From: a virus
Lineage: Duplodnaviria; Caudoviricetes
IMG/VR virus record: IMGVR_UViG_2718218211_000001
Location: 14,153 to 78,152 of that record
DNA length: 64,000 nt
Reading direction: 5' to 3' (one strand)
Part shown: positions 1 through 7,880 of the stretch, in pieces
Position numbering within the stretch: the first letter of the stretch is position 1
Layout of the letters: every line of letters starts with the position of its first letter
Made by a program: the position numbers and the translations under genes
Notes under the pieces: model-generated
The model's database searches: none
Seen by the model: only the letters and a program-made list of their open reading frames with translations
What the model was told of the DNA's origin: nothing

Positions 1-216
1 CTGGCAGCGGTAGAAATCACTCTGTACCCGCCGGATGCGCGCCGCCGGGATATCGATAATTACAACAAAGCCCTGTTTGACGCGCTGACGCATGCGGGTG
101 TCTGGGAAGATGACAGCCAGATTAAGCGCATGCTGGTGGAATGGGGACCCGTAGTGCCGAAAGGTCGGGTAGAGATAACGATCAGCAGATATGAACCGGC
201 GGGTGCAGCCGCCTGA
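1..216 (+). CDS. rusA: RusA family Holliday junction resolvase (5' truncated by window)
   Basis: Frame 1 reads ...YPPDARRRDIDNYNKALFDALTHAGVWEDDSQI..., with the RusA DxDN and DD motifs; TGA at 214-216. Confidence 0.9.
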   Translation: MAAVEITLYPPDARRRDIDNYNKALFDALTHAGVWEDDSQIKRMLVEWGPVVPKGRVEITISRYEPAGAAA

Positions 217-229
217 TATGGAGAAAAGT

Positions 230-943
230 ATGAGCCAGTTAATCGTGAATGGTGTTGTAACAATGTCCAGCCGTGATATTGCGGATCTGGTTCAGAGTAA
301 ACACAGTGACGTGAAACGCTCGGCTGAGCGTCTTGTTGCTGCGGGAATTTTAACCGCGCCGTTGGCGCAGTTCGATTTTGAGCATAACGGTAATGTGTAC
401 CAGGAGTATCGTTTTAACAAACGCGACTCTCTGGTGATTGTTGCCAGATTGTCTCCTGAATTTACCGCCGCGGTCGTCGATCGCTGGCAGGAACTGGAAG
501 AAGGGCAGAGTGTCAGTGTTCCCCGCTCATTGCCGGAAGCGCTTCGCTTGGCTGCTGATTTAGCCGAGCAGAAAGAGCAACTGACCATCCAGCTGGCAGC
601 CGCGGCGCCAAAAGTCGAGTTTGTTGATCGTTATTGCTCTGCAAAAGGCTCCATGTCATTCCGGCAGGTAGCCAAATTGCTCAACGCAAAAGAAACTGAG
701 TTTCGTCTGTTCCTTATCGAACGCAATATCCTGTATCGCCTCGGCGGCACACTTACCCCCATGGCGCAGCACATTTCCGTGGGAAGATTTGAAGTTAAGA
801 CCGGAACATCGAGCACATCCAATCACGCATTCAGCCAGACGCGTTTCACTGCCAAGGGAGTACGCTGGATTGGTGGTTTGTGGGCTGAACATATTGCGGG
901 GGGGGGGGGGGGCAGGCGGCGTGAGGGCTTTGTTAACTCCTGA
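230..943 (+). CDS. Phage antirepressor, Rha-like N-terminus plus ANT/KilAC domain; C-terminus altered by a G15 tract
   Basis: MSSRDIA...H..VKR N-terminus; PEALRLAADLAEQ...APKVEFVDRY...FTAKG KilAC signature. Confidence 0.85.
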   Translation: MSQLIVNGVVTMSSRDIADLVQSKHSDVKRSAERLVAAGILTAPLAQFDFEHNGNVYQEYRFNKRDSLVIVARLSPEFTAAVVDRWQELEEGQSVSVPRSLPEALRLAADLAEQKEQLTIQLAAAAPKVEFVDRYCSAKGSMSFRQVAKLLNAKETEFRLFLIERNILYRLGGTLTPMAQHISVGRFEVKTGTSSTSNHAFSQTRFTAKGVRWIGGLWAEHIAGGGGGRRREGFVNS

Positions 944-1911
944 AGTCGCCCATCGCATGGGGATTGTGTTGTTTCGTCCCGGCGCGGAACTGATGCACCT
1001 CTTCATGCGCGGTCGTGTTCTTCTCGAACCTGAACCAGAAGAAATGGCGTCATTCAGTACAGGGGCTGTTCCCGCCGCCATTCAGCCGCTGGCTGATGAT
1101 CCGGTAATGCGGCAGGTCTTCGGGAATGAGCGGGTTATTCAGCGTGCCGGCGGGCTTCCTTCCCTTGAGCAATGGTTGAGTAATCGGTTTGAATGCCAGT
1201 GGCCACATTCATCGTGGCACGACAAGAACTTCATAACAATGCGGCACCCACCAGGAAGCATTCGTCTGTGCTGGCATTGCGATCACACTTTGTCCGGGCA
1301 GCATACCGAACAGCTTGCAGGTATAGCGGCAGGAAACCTGGTATCCTGGATTCTGGAAGTTATTCGTCGCGATTCTGGTTTTCCCGAGTCGCATATCCTG
1401 ACGTTGCCGGAATTGTGCTGGTGGCTGGTCAGGAACGACCTGGCTGATGTTATTCCGGAAAGCGTTGCGCACAAGGGGCTACGCCTTCCGGATGAGAAGA
1501 TCCGCTCTGTTATGGGGGAAAGCGACATTGTGCCTTCCGTGTCAGCAGCCAGCCTCGTGCAGGAGAAGGCGAAGAAGATCCTCACACTCTCTGTTGATCC
1601 GGAGTCGCCAGAGTCTTTCATGCTCAGGCCAAAACGTCGCCGCTGGGTAAATGAGACGTACACCCGCTGGGTTAAAACACAACCCTGTGAGTGTTGCCGA
1701 CGGCCAGCAGATGATCCGCACCATATCGTAGGGCACGGTATGGGGGGGGACAGCAACAAAAGCCCATGACCTCTTCGTGATCCCTCTGTGCAGAGAGCAT
1801 CACGACGAGTTGCATGCTGATCCTGTGGCATTTGAAGCGAAATACGGTGACCAACTGGTCCTGGTGTTTCGGGTTATAGATCGTGCGCTGGCAATCGGTG
1901 TACTGGTGTAA
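921..1911 (+). pseudogene. DUF968 family protein, frameshifted at a G8 run (1742-1749)
   Basis: GTG start MRALLTPE...; CxxC and PHH motifs; continuation TATKAHDLFVIPLCREHHDELH...AIGVLV* is in another frame. Confidence 0.8.
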
Positions 1912-1925
1912 GTGGAGAACGCTAA

Positions 1926-2495
1926 ATGATTAATCCTTCTGAAGTTGGTAAATCTGGTGAAATGGTTCGTCTTCGTACTCTGGAAAGCATCTGGATACAG
2001 GGTAAGCTGCGCATGTGGGGCCGCTGGTCTTATATCGGCGGTGGTAGTGGTGGGAACATGTTTAACCAGCTACTTGCATCCGGAAAAATAACCAAAACGG
2101 CAATTAACGAAGCACTACGCCGCATGAAGAAATCAGGTATCACCAAGCCTGAACTTGAAGCGTACCTGCGTGAAATCCTTAACAGCAAAAATAAAAGCGG
2201 CCTGGCGTTCTGTTCAGACGAAGAAGGGTTGTTAGTGGACGGTGTCATTGCTTCTGTACTGATGAATGATGAATACCGTGGACTCTATAGCGTTATCGTC
2301 GACCGTCACCGACTCCGGAAGAGCAAACTGCAGATGGCCAACGAGCTTAATGCAAAACATTCTGACTGGACCCTTATCACATGCCGCCGCCGAATTGACA
2401 CATGGGTAAGTTTGGCAGAATCGATCCTGTACGCTCCACTTTGTGATGCTTTTGGCACAAATGGCGACAGATTTAAGTTGCAGAGTGAGCAATAA
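1926..2495 (+). CDS. DUF1133 family late antiterminator (Q-like)
   Basis: RLRTLESIWIQGKLRMWGRWSYIGGG motif; position before late promoter and lysis genes. Confidence 0.75.
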   Translation: MINPSEVGKSGEMVRLRTLESIWIQGKLRMWGRWSYIGGGSGGNMFNQLLASGKITKTAINEALRRMKKSGITKPELEAYLREILNSKNKSGLAFCSDEEGLLVDGVIASVLMNDEYRGLYSVIVDRHRLRKSKLQMANELNAKHSDWTLITCRRRIDTWVSLAESILYAPLCDAFGTNGDRFKLQSEQ

Positions 2496-2507
2496 AGTGC
2501 TTAAATT
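2478..2507 (+). promoter_or_regulatory. Candidate late promoter (pR'-like)
   Basis: TTGCAG-18 bp-TAAATT at the end of the Q-like gene, followed by a terminator. Confidence 0.5.
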
Positions 2508-2555
2508 GTGTTAGGCTCTGGACAGTAAAGCGTACGGAGCAACAGCATAAAACAT

Positions 2556-2581
2556 AAACCCGCCACTGTTGCGGGTTTTTT
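2556..2581 (+). terminator. Intrinsic terminator (tR'-like)
   Basis: AAACCCGC-cactgtt-GCGGGTTT plus T tract. Confidence 0.8.
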
Positions 2582-2685
2582 AATTTGAACTGCATCATCA
2601 ATTCCTTTTATCAACGTTTATCTCTATCTTATTTTCTTTTAAGATTCCGAAATAATGGTTTTATCATCATTTCGGAGAAATACAT

Positions 2686-3261
2686 TTGGAAAAGTATCTT
2701 TACCTTACACATCATGGCTGGGTTGAACCTTGGGTATCTGGTGGTAAGGTTCCTCTTAGTCAGGCTAGTAGTTATCTTTCAGAAGCAAGAGATAAGATAT
2801 ATACCCCAGATGAGAATATTATTGATAATTCGACACATTCAAAAAATCAATTCCCTGGTTTAAGAATAGAGGGGGCCTGCAGGGATGTTAAAATTGGTGA
2901 AATAATTATTGATAATAAAGTTGTCGCCTCAAATGTGAGTTTTGACATCCGTTATGAGGATGGTTTGGTTTTATGCCTTGCTAACAGAAGAAGTAACTAT
3001 ATAGCCAAAAGGCTTGGCAAAGTAGCATGTGTAAGGATACTTGACGTCAATAGGCTAAAAAAGGTTCTTGATGAACAAATTGGACTTGTTAGCGAAGCAG
3101 GGGAATGTAAATACACTAAATACCACTTGCGGAATCACTTTTTGAAATCTCATTTAGATTCTTGGCAGGATGAGTTTAGATTATTCTGGAAAAATGCGAA
3201 TGCTCAAGAGGTAGTTATTCCTCCTGGGATTGCGGTTCAAGAAAGAATACGATGTAGATAA
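2686..3261 (+). CDS. AT-rich hypothetical moron protein (191 aa)
   Basis: Long ORF, TTG start with GGAG RBS, own terminator, Q-lysis cargo slot. Confidence 0.75.
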   Translation: MEKYLYLTHHGWVEPWVSGGKVPLSQASSYLSEARDKIYTPDENIIDNSTHSKNQFPGLRIEGACRDVKIGEIIIDNKVVASNVSFDIRYEDGLVLCLANRRSNYIAKRLGKVACVRILDVNRLKKVLDEQIGLVSEAGECKYTKYHLRNHFLKSHLDSWQDEFRLFWKNANAQEVVIPPGIAVQERIRCR

Positions 3262-3280
3262 CAAATAAATCTATGAATTA

Positions 3281-3304
3281 AGGCCAGCATATGCTGGCTT
3301 TTTT
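3281..3304 (+). terminator. Intrinsic terminator; IS200 target
   Basis: GCCAGCAT-ATGCTGGC inverted repeat plus T tract. Confidence 0.7.
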
Positions 3305-3999
3305 GTCTATGGAAAACCCCCAGCTAGGCTGGGGGTTCCGGAAAGCTTTCAGCTTTAAGTCAGTTATTAAAACCCCTTTTGATTTGTTAAAACATCTTGC
3401 GGTCTGGCAACTGCAAAAGTTCAACAAGAAATCAAAAGGGGGTCCCAATGGGGGACGAAAAGAGCTTAGCGCACACCCGATGGAACTGTAAATATCACAT
3501 AGTTTTCGCGCCCAAATACCGAAGACAAGCGTTCTATGGAGAGAAGCAAAGGGCAGTAGGCAGCATATTAAGAAAATTGTGTGAATGGAAAAACGTACGA
3601 ATTCTGGAAGCGGAATGTTGTGCAGATCATATTCACATGCTTCTGGAGATCCCGCCGAAGATGAGTGTGTCGAGCTTCATGGGATATCTGAAGGGTAAAA
3701 GTAGTCTGATGCTTTACGAGCAGTTTGGGGATCTAAAATTCAAATACAGGAACAGGGAGTTCTGGTGCAGAGGGTACTATGTCGATACGGTGGGTAAGAA
3801 CACGGCGAAGATACAGGACTACATAAAGCACCAGCTTGAAGAGGATAAAATGGGTGAGCAATTCGGGCAGCCCGTTTACGGGCCGTAAGTAACGAAGTTT
3901 GATGCAAATGTCAGATCGTATGCGCCTGTTAGGGCGCGGCTGGTAAGAGAGCCTTACAGGCGCATCAGAAAAACCTCCGGCTATGCCGGAGGATATTTA
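3305..3999 (+). mobile_element. IS200 (IS200/IS605 family); ends approximate
   Basis: Left hairpin ACCCCCAGC-tag-GCTGGGGGT, right hairpin CCTCCGGC-tat-GCCGGAGG, no terminal IRs, Y1 transposase between them. Confidence 0.95.
3448..3888 (+). CDS. tnpA: IS200 Y1 (HUH) transposase with altered C-terminus
   Basis: MGDEKSLAHTRWNCKYHIVFAPKYRR, HIH and YIKHQ motifs; usual GSPFTGRK* tail is out of frame. Confidence 0.95.
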   Translation: MGDEKSLAHTRWNCKYHIVFAPKYRRQAFYGEKQRAVGSILRKLCEWKNVRILEAECCADHIHMLLEIPPKMSVSSFMGYLKGKSSLMLYEQFGDLKFKYRNREFWCRGYYVDTVGKNTAKIQDYIKHQLEEDKMGEQFGQPVYGP

Positions 4000-4049
4000 T
4001 TTATTCCCCTCATTTCTGAGAGGGCTCACAGCAATTAAGAGGGGGCTTA

Positions 4050-4436
4050 ATGTCCGATCCGATTTCCGGTACTGGGCTGGCTGGTGGTGTCCTGACGGGT
4101 GCCAGTGTCTATGGATTTCTGTCCGGAACCGATTACGGCGTGGTGTTTGGCGCATTTGCCGGAGCTGTGTTTTACATTGCAACCGCAGCAGACCTGAGTG
4201 CAGCGCGCCGACTGGCATATTTTCTGGTGTCGTATATCGCGGGGATCCTTTGTTCCGGGCTGGTGGGTTCAAAGCTGGCTCAGGCTACCGGCTACAGTGA
4301 TAAACCACTGGATGCCATTGGCGCCGTAATCGTTTCTGCTTTAGCCGTGAAAATCCTGACGTTCCTGAATAATCAGGATGTTGGCTCGCTGGTGGCGCTG
4401 ATAACGCGCCGGGGAGGTTCAGGTGGTACAAAATGA
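4050..4436 (+). CDS. Putative holin
   Basis: Multi-TM small protein at the start of the lysis cassette. Confidence 0.75.
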   Translation: MSDPISGTGLAGGVLTGASVYGFLSGTDYGVVFGAFAGAVFYIATAADLSAARRLAYFLVSYIAGILCSGLVGSKLAQATGYSDKPLDAIGAVIVSALAVKILTFLNNQDVGSLVALITRRGGSGGTK

Positions 4437-4704
4437 CCCATCGGCAACTTTAAATGCATTGCTTTGCGCTGGGGTAGTGCTGACCCTGATGTTTTATCGT
4501 CGTGGCGATTCGCGACATCGACCATGGATATCTCGCTTGGCGTGGCTGCTTACGGTCATCTACAGCGCAGTTCCGCTGGCATATCTGTGCGGTATCTACC
4601 CTTATTCATCGTGGGCCACTATCGGGGCCAACATTATTTTCCTGTCTGTGCTGGTCGCCGTCAGAGGCAACGTGGCACGCCTGGTTGATCATCTGAGGCA
4701 ATAA
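4423..4704 (+). CDS. Putative holin/antiholin (DUF754-like)
   Basis: 3-TM protein with RRGDSRHRP and RGNVARL motifs, overlapping its neighbours. Confidence 0.75.
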   Translation: MVQNDPSATLNALLCAGVVLTLMFYRRGDSRHRPWISRLAWLLTVIYSAVPLAYLCGIYPYSSWATIGANIIFLSVLVAVRGNVARLVDHLRQ

Positions 4705-5318
4705 TGAACCAATCACAATTTCAGCAGGCGGCTGGTATCAGCGCCGGGCTTTCTGCACGCTGGTTTCCGCACATTGATGCGGCAATGAAAGAGTTTGGCA
4801 TTACAGCTACGAACGATCTGGCTATGTTCATCGCCCAGGTTGGGCATGAGTCTGCTGGTTTTACCTCGCTGGTGGAAAGCTTCAACTACTCGGTAGAGGG
4901 GCTGAAGAAAACCTTTGGTAAACGCCTTACTCCTTATCAGTGTGAAATGCTGGGTCGTGTCGATGGTAAGCAGGTGGCCCACCAGCCACAAATAGCCAAT
5001 CTGGTGTACGGTGACCGCATGGGGAATAACAGCCAAGGTGATGGCTGGAAATATCGCGGTCGTGGCCTGCTTCAAATCACTGGCCGCGAGAACTACGCCA
5101 AATGCGGTGCGGCGCTGAAGCTGGATCTGATCAGCACACCAGAGTTGCTGACGCAGGAGAAGCATGCTGCCCGTTCAGCGGCATGGTACTTCACGTTACG
5201 CGGTTGTTTCCTCCATTCGGGGGATGTGGAACGCGTCACGCAGATTATTAACGGCGGGCAGAACGGCATTAAAGACCGCCGTGAACGTTACGCTAAAGCT
5301 AAAGCCGCACTGGTGTGA
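4704..5318 (+). CDS. Endolysin, glycoside hydrolase family 19
   Basis: AMFIAQVGHES, YRGRGLLQITGRENY and INGGQNG motifs. Confidence 0.9.
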   Translation: MNQSQFQQAAGISAGLSARWFPHIDAAMKEFGITATNDLAMFIAQVGHESAGFTSLVESFNYSVEGLKKTFGKRLTPYQCEMLGRVDGKQVAHQPQIANLVYGDRMGNNSQGDGWKYRGRGLLQITGRENYAKCGAALKLDLISTPELLTQEKHAARSAAWYFTLRGCFLHSGDVERVTQIINGGQNGIKDRRERYAKAKAALV

Positions 5319-5325
5319 GGTCACT

Positions 5326-5595
5326 ATGGGACTTGAAATGATTATCGGCCTGGTCGTTGCTGTGCTGGCTGCAATTGCCGGTGCTTTTGGTCTGGGTAAA
5401 TCACGCGGTACTAACATCGCTGAGACAAAAGCGAACCAGCAACGCACTGAAGAACGTGCAGCAGCTACTGAAGCGGTAGCCGAACGCCGGGTAGAAACAA
5501 CAAAAGGAGCCAGGGATGTACAGCAGACTGTTAATCATCTTCCTGATGACGATGTTGACCGCGAGTTGCGCGAAAGATATACCCGCAAAACCTGA
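5326..5595 (+). CDS. Inner-membrane spanin (Rz-like)
   Basis: N-terminal TM followed by coiled coil, directly after endolysin. Confidence 0.7.
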   Translation: MGLEMIIGLVVAVLAAIAGAFGLGKSRGTNIAETKANQQRTEERAAATEAVAERRVETTKGARDVQQTVNHLPDDDVDRELRERYTRKT

Positions 5596-5758
5596 AGTAA
5601 CGGACACGGCCTGTGACTGGGTAAGCATCATCTACCTCACTGAGCACGATATTGCCGTGCTGGATAAACAGACGAAGCGGGACATATTGGCGCACAACAA
5701 ATCAGTGCAGGCTAACTGCATGAAGGAGCCAGGTCGTGAACGTAGAGAACCTAAGTAA
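5516..5758 (+). CDS. Outer-membrane lipoprotein spanin (Rz1-like)
   Basis: Signal peptide with lipobox LTASC, overlapping the Rz-like gene. Confidence 0.7.
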   Translation: MYSRLLIIFLMTMLTASCAKDIPAKPEVTDTACDWVSIIYLTEHDIAVLDKQTKRDILAHNKSVQANCMKEPGRERREPK

Positions 5759-5966
5759 CGCGCATTACATCTATAACGAGATGAAAGAGTTACAGCGACA
5801 GAAAGGCATACTGGAAAGCGGTGCCGGGCTTGGGGTGACAATCCAGTCGACCTATCAGGATAATGCCTTTCTTGATGCTATCCGCCCGCATGCAGTGGCT
5901 GAACTTAATCGCCGGATTGAGGAAAAGAAAGCCGTGCTGGTTAGTTTTGGCATCTCATTCACTTAA
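5736..5966 (+). CDS. Hypothetical phage protein
   Basis: GTG start with AAGGAG upstream; 76 aa. Confidence 0.55.
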   Translation: MNVENLSNAHYIYNEMKELQRQKGILESGAGLGVTIQSTYQDNAFLDAIRPHAVAELNRRIEEKKAVLVSFGISFT

Positions 5967-6057
5967 GAAGCCTGCATGTGGGCATGTCGAGCTGTAGCGC
6001 GTCCGGATGCTGGCTGTTAGCCATTAAAAAGCTCACCAGAAGGTGAGCTTGATAATG

Positions 6058-6438
6058 TTATACCTGGAGCATGCCTATCAAATGTTTTATAGCTGGCCAA
6101 ATAGTCAAAGTATTTGCACCTAATGAAACCAGAGTCTCGATATAGTCTAAAGGGGATTTAGATTGTTCTCGCACTATGCTTTCAAGTAATTCAACGATTT
6201 CTTTGTGATTTTTATCACCAACTTTTTCGGCGATCTCATTGCTAGAAGCATGAACTAACTTCATGGTTTCATAATATGCATTTAATACTTGCTCAGAAAA
6301 GTGTCTATTTTCGTTGACTGCTATTCCTTTGGAATCGATGATGTCAAATCCAACATCTGAACCGTACGACATGTTTCCAGTAAAACTGCAATTTTCACAG
6401 TTAGTTGCACGAAACGAAACTGTTTTTTTTGAGTCCAT
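6058..6438 (-). CDS. AT-rich hypothetical moron protein (126 aa)
   Basis: GAGGGG RBS, opposite strand, hairpin AAGCTCACC-agaa-GGTGAGCTT just downstream. Confidence 0.7.
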   Translation of the reverse strand: MDSKKTVSFRATNCENCSFTGNMSYGSDVGFDIIDSKGIAVNENRHFSEQVLNAYYETMKLVHASSNEIAEKVGDKNHKEIVELLESIVREQSKSPLDYIETLVSLGANTLTIWPAIKHLIGMLQV

Positions 6439-6681
6439 AAAATCCCCTCTCGTTTAATTTCAATACACCAATAAACATTATACGGGGCTTTCTATGAGAA
6501 CTGGACTGCTTATTTTTAAAGTTAATGATATGCCTCACTGAGGCAGGGATATTTCATGCGCTTCGCACGCGCAAACCAAAGAGAGTCTTTCAGTAGTGAG
6601 CCTGGGTGATGCCGTTAGGTTGCGTTTACCTCTCGGGCGGCATTGCCGTGCGACAGGCTCACGCCTAAAAGGAAACGTATC

Positions 6682-7208
6682 ATGAGTAACGAAATCATTA
6701 CGCTATCTGGCGCTGCAATAGACGTAATGTATGCCTTTTTTTTCGCGGTGCTCATCAGTCTGGTGATCTGCCGTCCAATTCAGGTATGGGTGAACTGCGC
6801 GAACTGGGATTAGTTAACTCCATGTCTGCTCCACCGCAGTTTCCAGTTAGCGGATTCTTAACCTTTCTCACACCAGAAGGTGTGAAATTAGCTAGGAATT
6901 ACTTTAAAGGGAATCCGTCATTTATAGTTAAAGATGGCGAGGTCTTTATTAACAGCGCAATGGTTAACGAGGCCACGATCAGTTCGTATGCATTCCACCA
7001 GGAGCAGCACACAGCCGGCATTGATACCAATCTCGAAGCGGTGCTCGAAAATGTGCTGAAAAACGCTGCTGAATGTGCGGCGCGTGATGTCGCAAAGCAG
7101 GTGGCGGCAGACAAGAAAGCAATGGATGAATTAACTTCCCATATCCGCAAAGCCATCATGATGGAATGTTTACCCGGTGGCGTTATCTGGCGGCAGTGTC
7201 GTCGATAG
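6682..7208 (+). pseudogene. Hypothetical phage protein, probably frameshifted at T8 (6736-6743)
   Basis: AAGGA RBS and ATG at 6682; one extra base in the T run would join it to the 6786-7208 ORF. Confidence 0.55.
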
Positions 7209-7233
7209 TGTGCAATTGATAATTATTATCAAA

Positions 7234-7279
7234 AGGTACTCCCGGAGGGGGACCCTGCCACGGGGCGGCGTGCTCGCGG
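7234..7279 (+). other. Lambda-type cos site (cosQ-like AGGTACT; cosN core GGGCGGCGTGCT at 7263-7274)
   Basis: CCACG-GGGCGGCGTGCT-CGCGG resembles lambda TTACG-GGGCGGCGACCT-CGCGG; lies just upstream of the small terminase. Confidence 0.85.
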
Positions 7280-7391
7280 AAAACGGCTAGTTTTTCGGAT
7301 CTAAGGTCATCATCATCATTTGCACAGGTTATTGATCTCATTAGAGGCGATTTCGTGCAGATGTCGAATCGTTTAAAAAGTGTTCACCATC

Positions 7392-7880
7392 ATGGACCAG
7401 GAAATTGCCGCTTTAAAACTGAACATCAACCAGCTGGCGGGGATCACTGGCGTACACCGTCAGACGGTTGCTGCCAGGCTGAAAAATATTGAACCGGCAC
7501 CAGGTAGCAACAGCAAATTAAAGCTTTACCTGATCACCGACATTCTGACCGAACTGATGATCCCTACTGTGTCAGCCAATATCGATGACATGCCGCCATC
7601 GGACAGGCTTTCCCACTGGAAAGCTGAGAATGAGCGACTTAAGTTTGAGCAGGACACGGGGCAGCTCATTCCCGCCGATGAAGTTGCGCGAGAATTCTCA
7701 TTGATGGCGAAAGCCGTCGTCATGGTACTTGAAACCCTCCCTGATGTACTTGAGCGTGACTGTGCATTAACGCCTGTTGCGGTTTCTCGCGTGCAGAGCG
7801 TTATCGATGACCTGCGCGATCAGATGGCGGAGAGGGTACGGGATGCTGAAGAAGAGGAGGAAGAGCCAGAGGAGGACTGA
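7392..7880 (+). CDS. Terminase small subunit (DUF1441-like)
   Basis: N-terminal HTH (LNINQLAGITGVHRQTVAARL); position after cos. Confidence 0.85.
   Translation: MDQEIAALKLNINQLAGITGVHRQTVAARLKNIEPAPGSNSKLKLYLITDILTELMIPTVSANIDDMPPSDRLSHWKAENERLKFEQDTGQLIPADEVAREFSLMAKAVVMVLETLPDVLERDCALTPVAVSRVQSVIDDLRDQMAERVRDAEEEEEEPEED

Noticed and set aside
7308-7319. (CAT)4 repeat downstream of cosN
   Set aside because: Too short to be meaningful; lies in the expected cosB region
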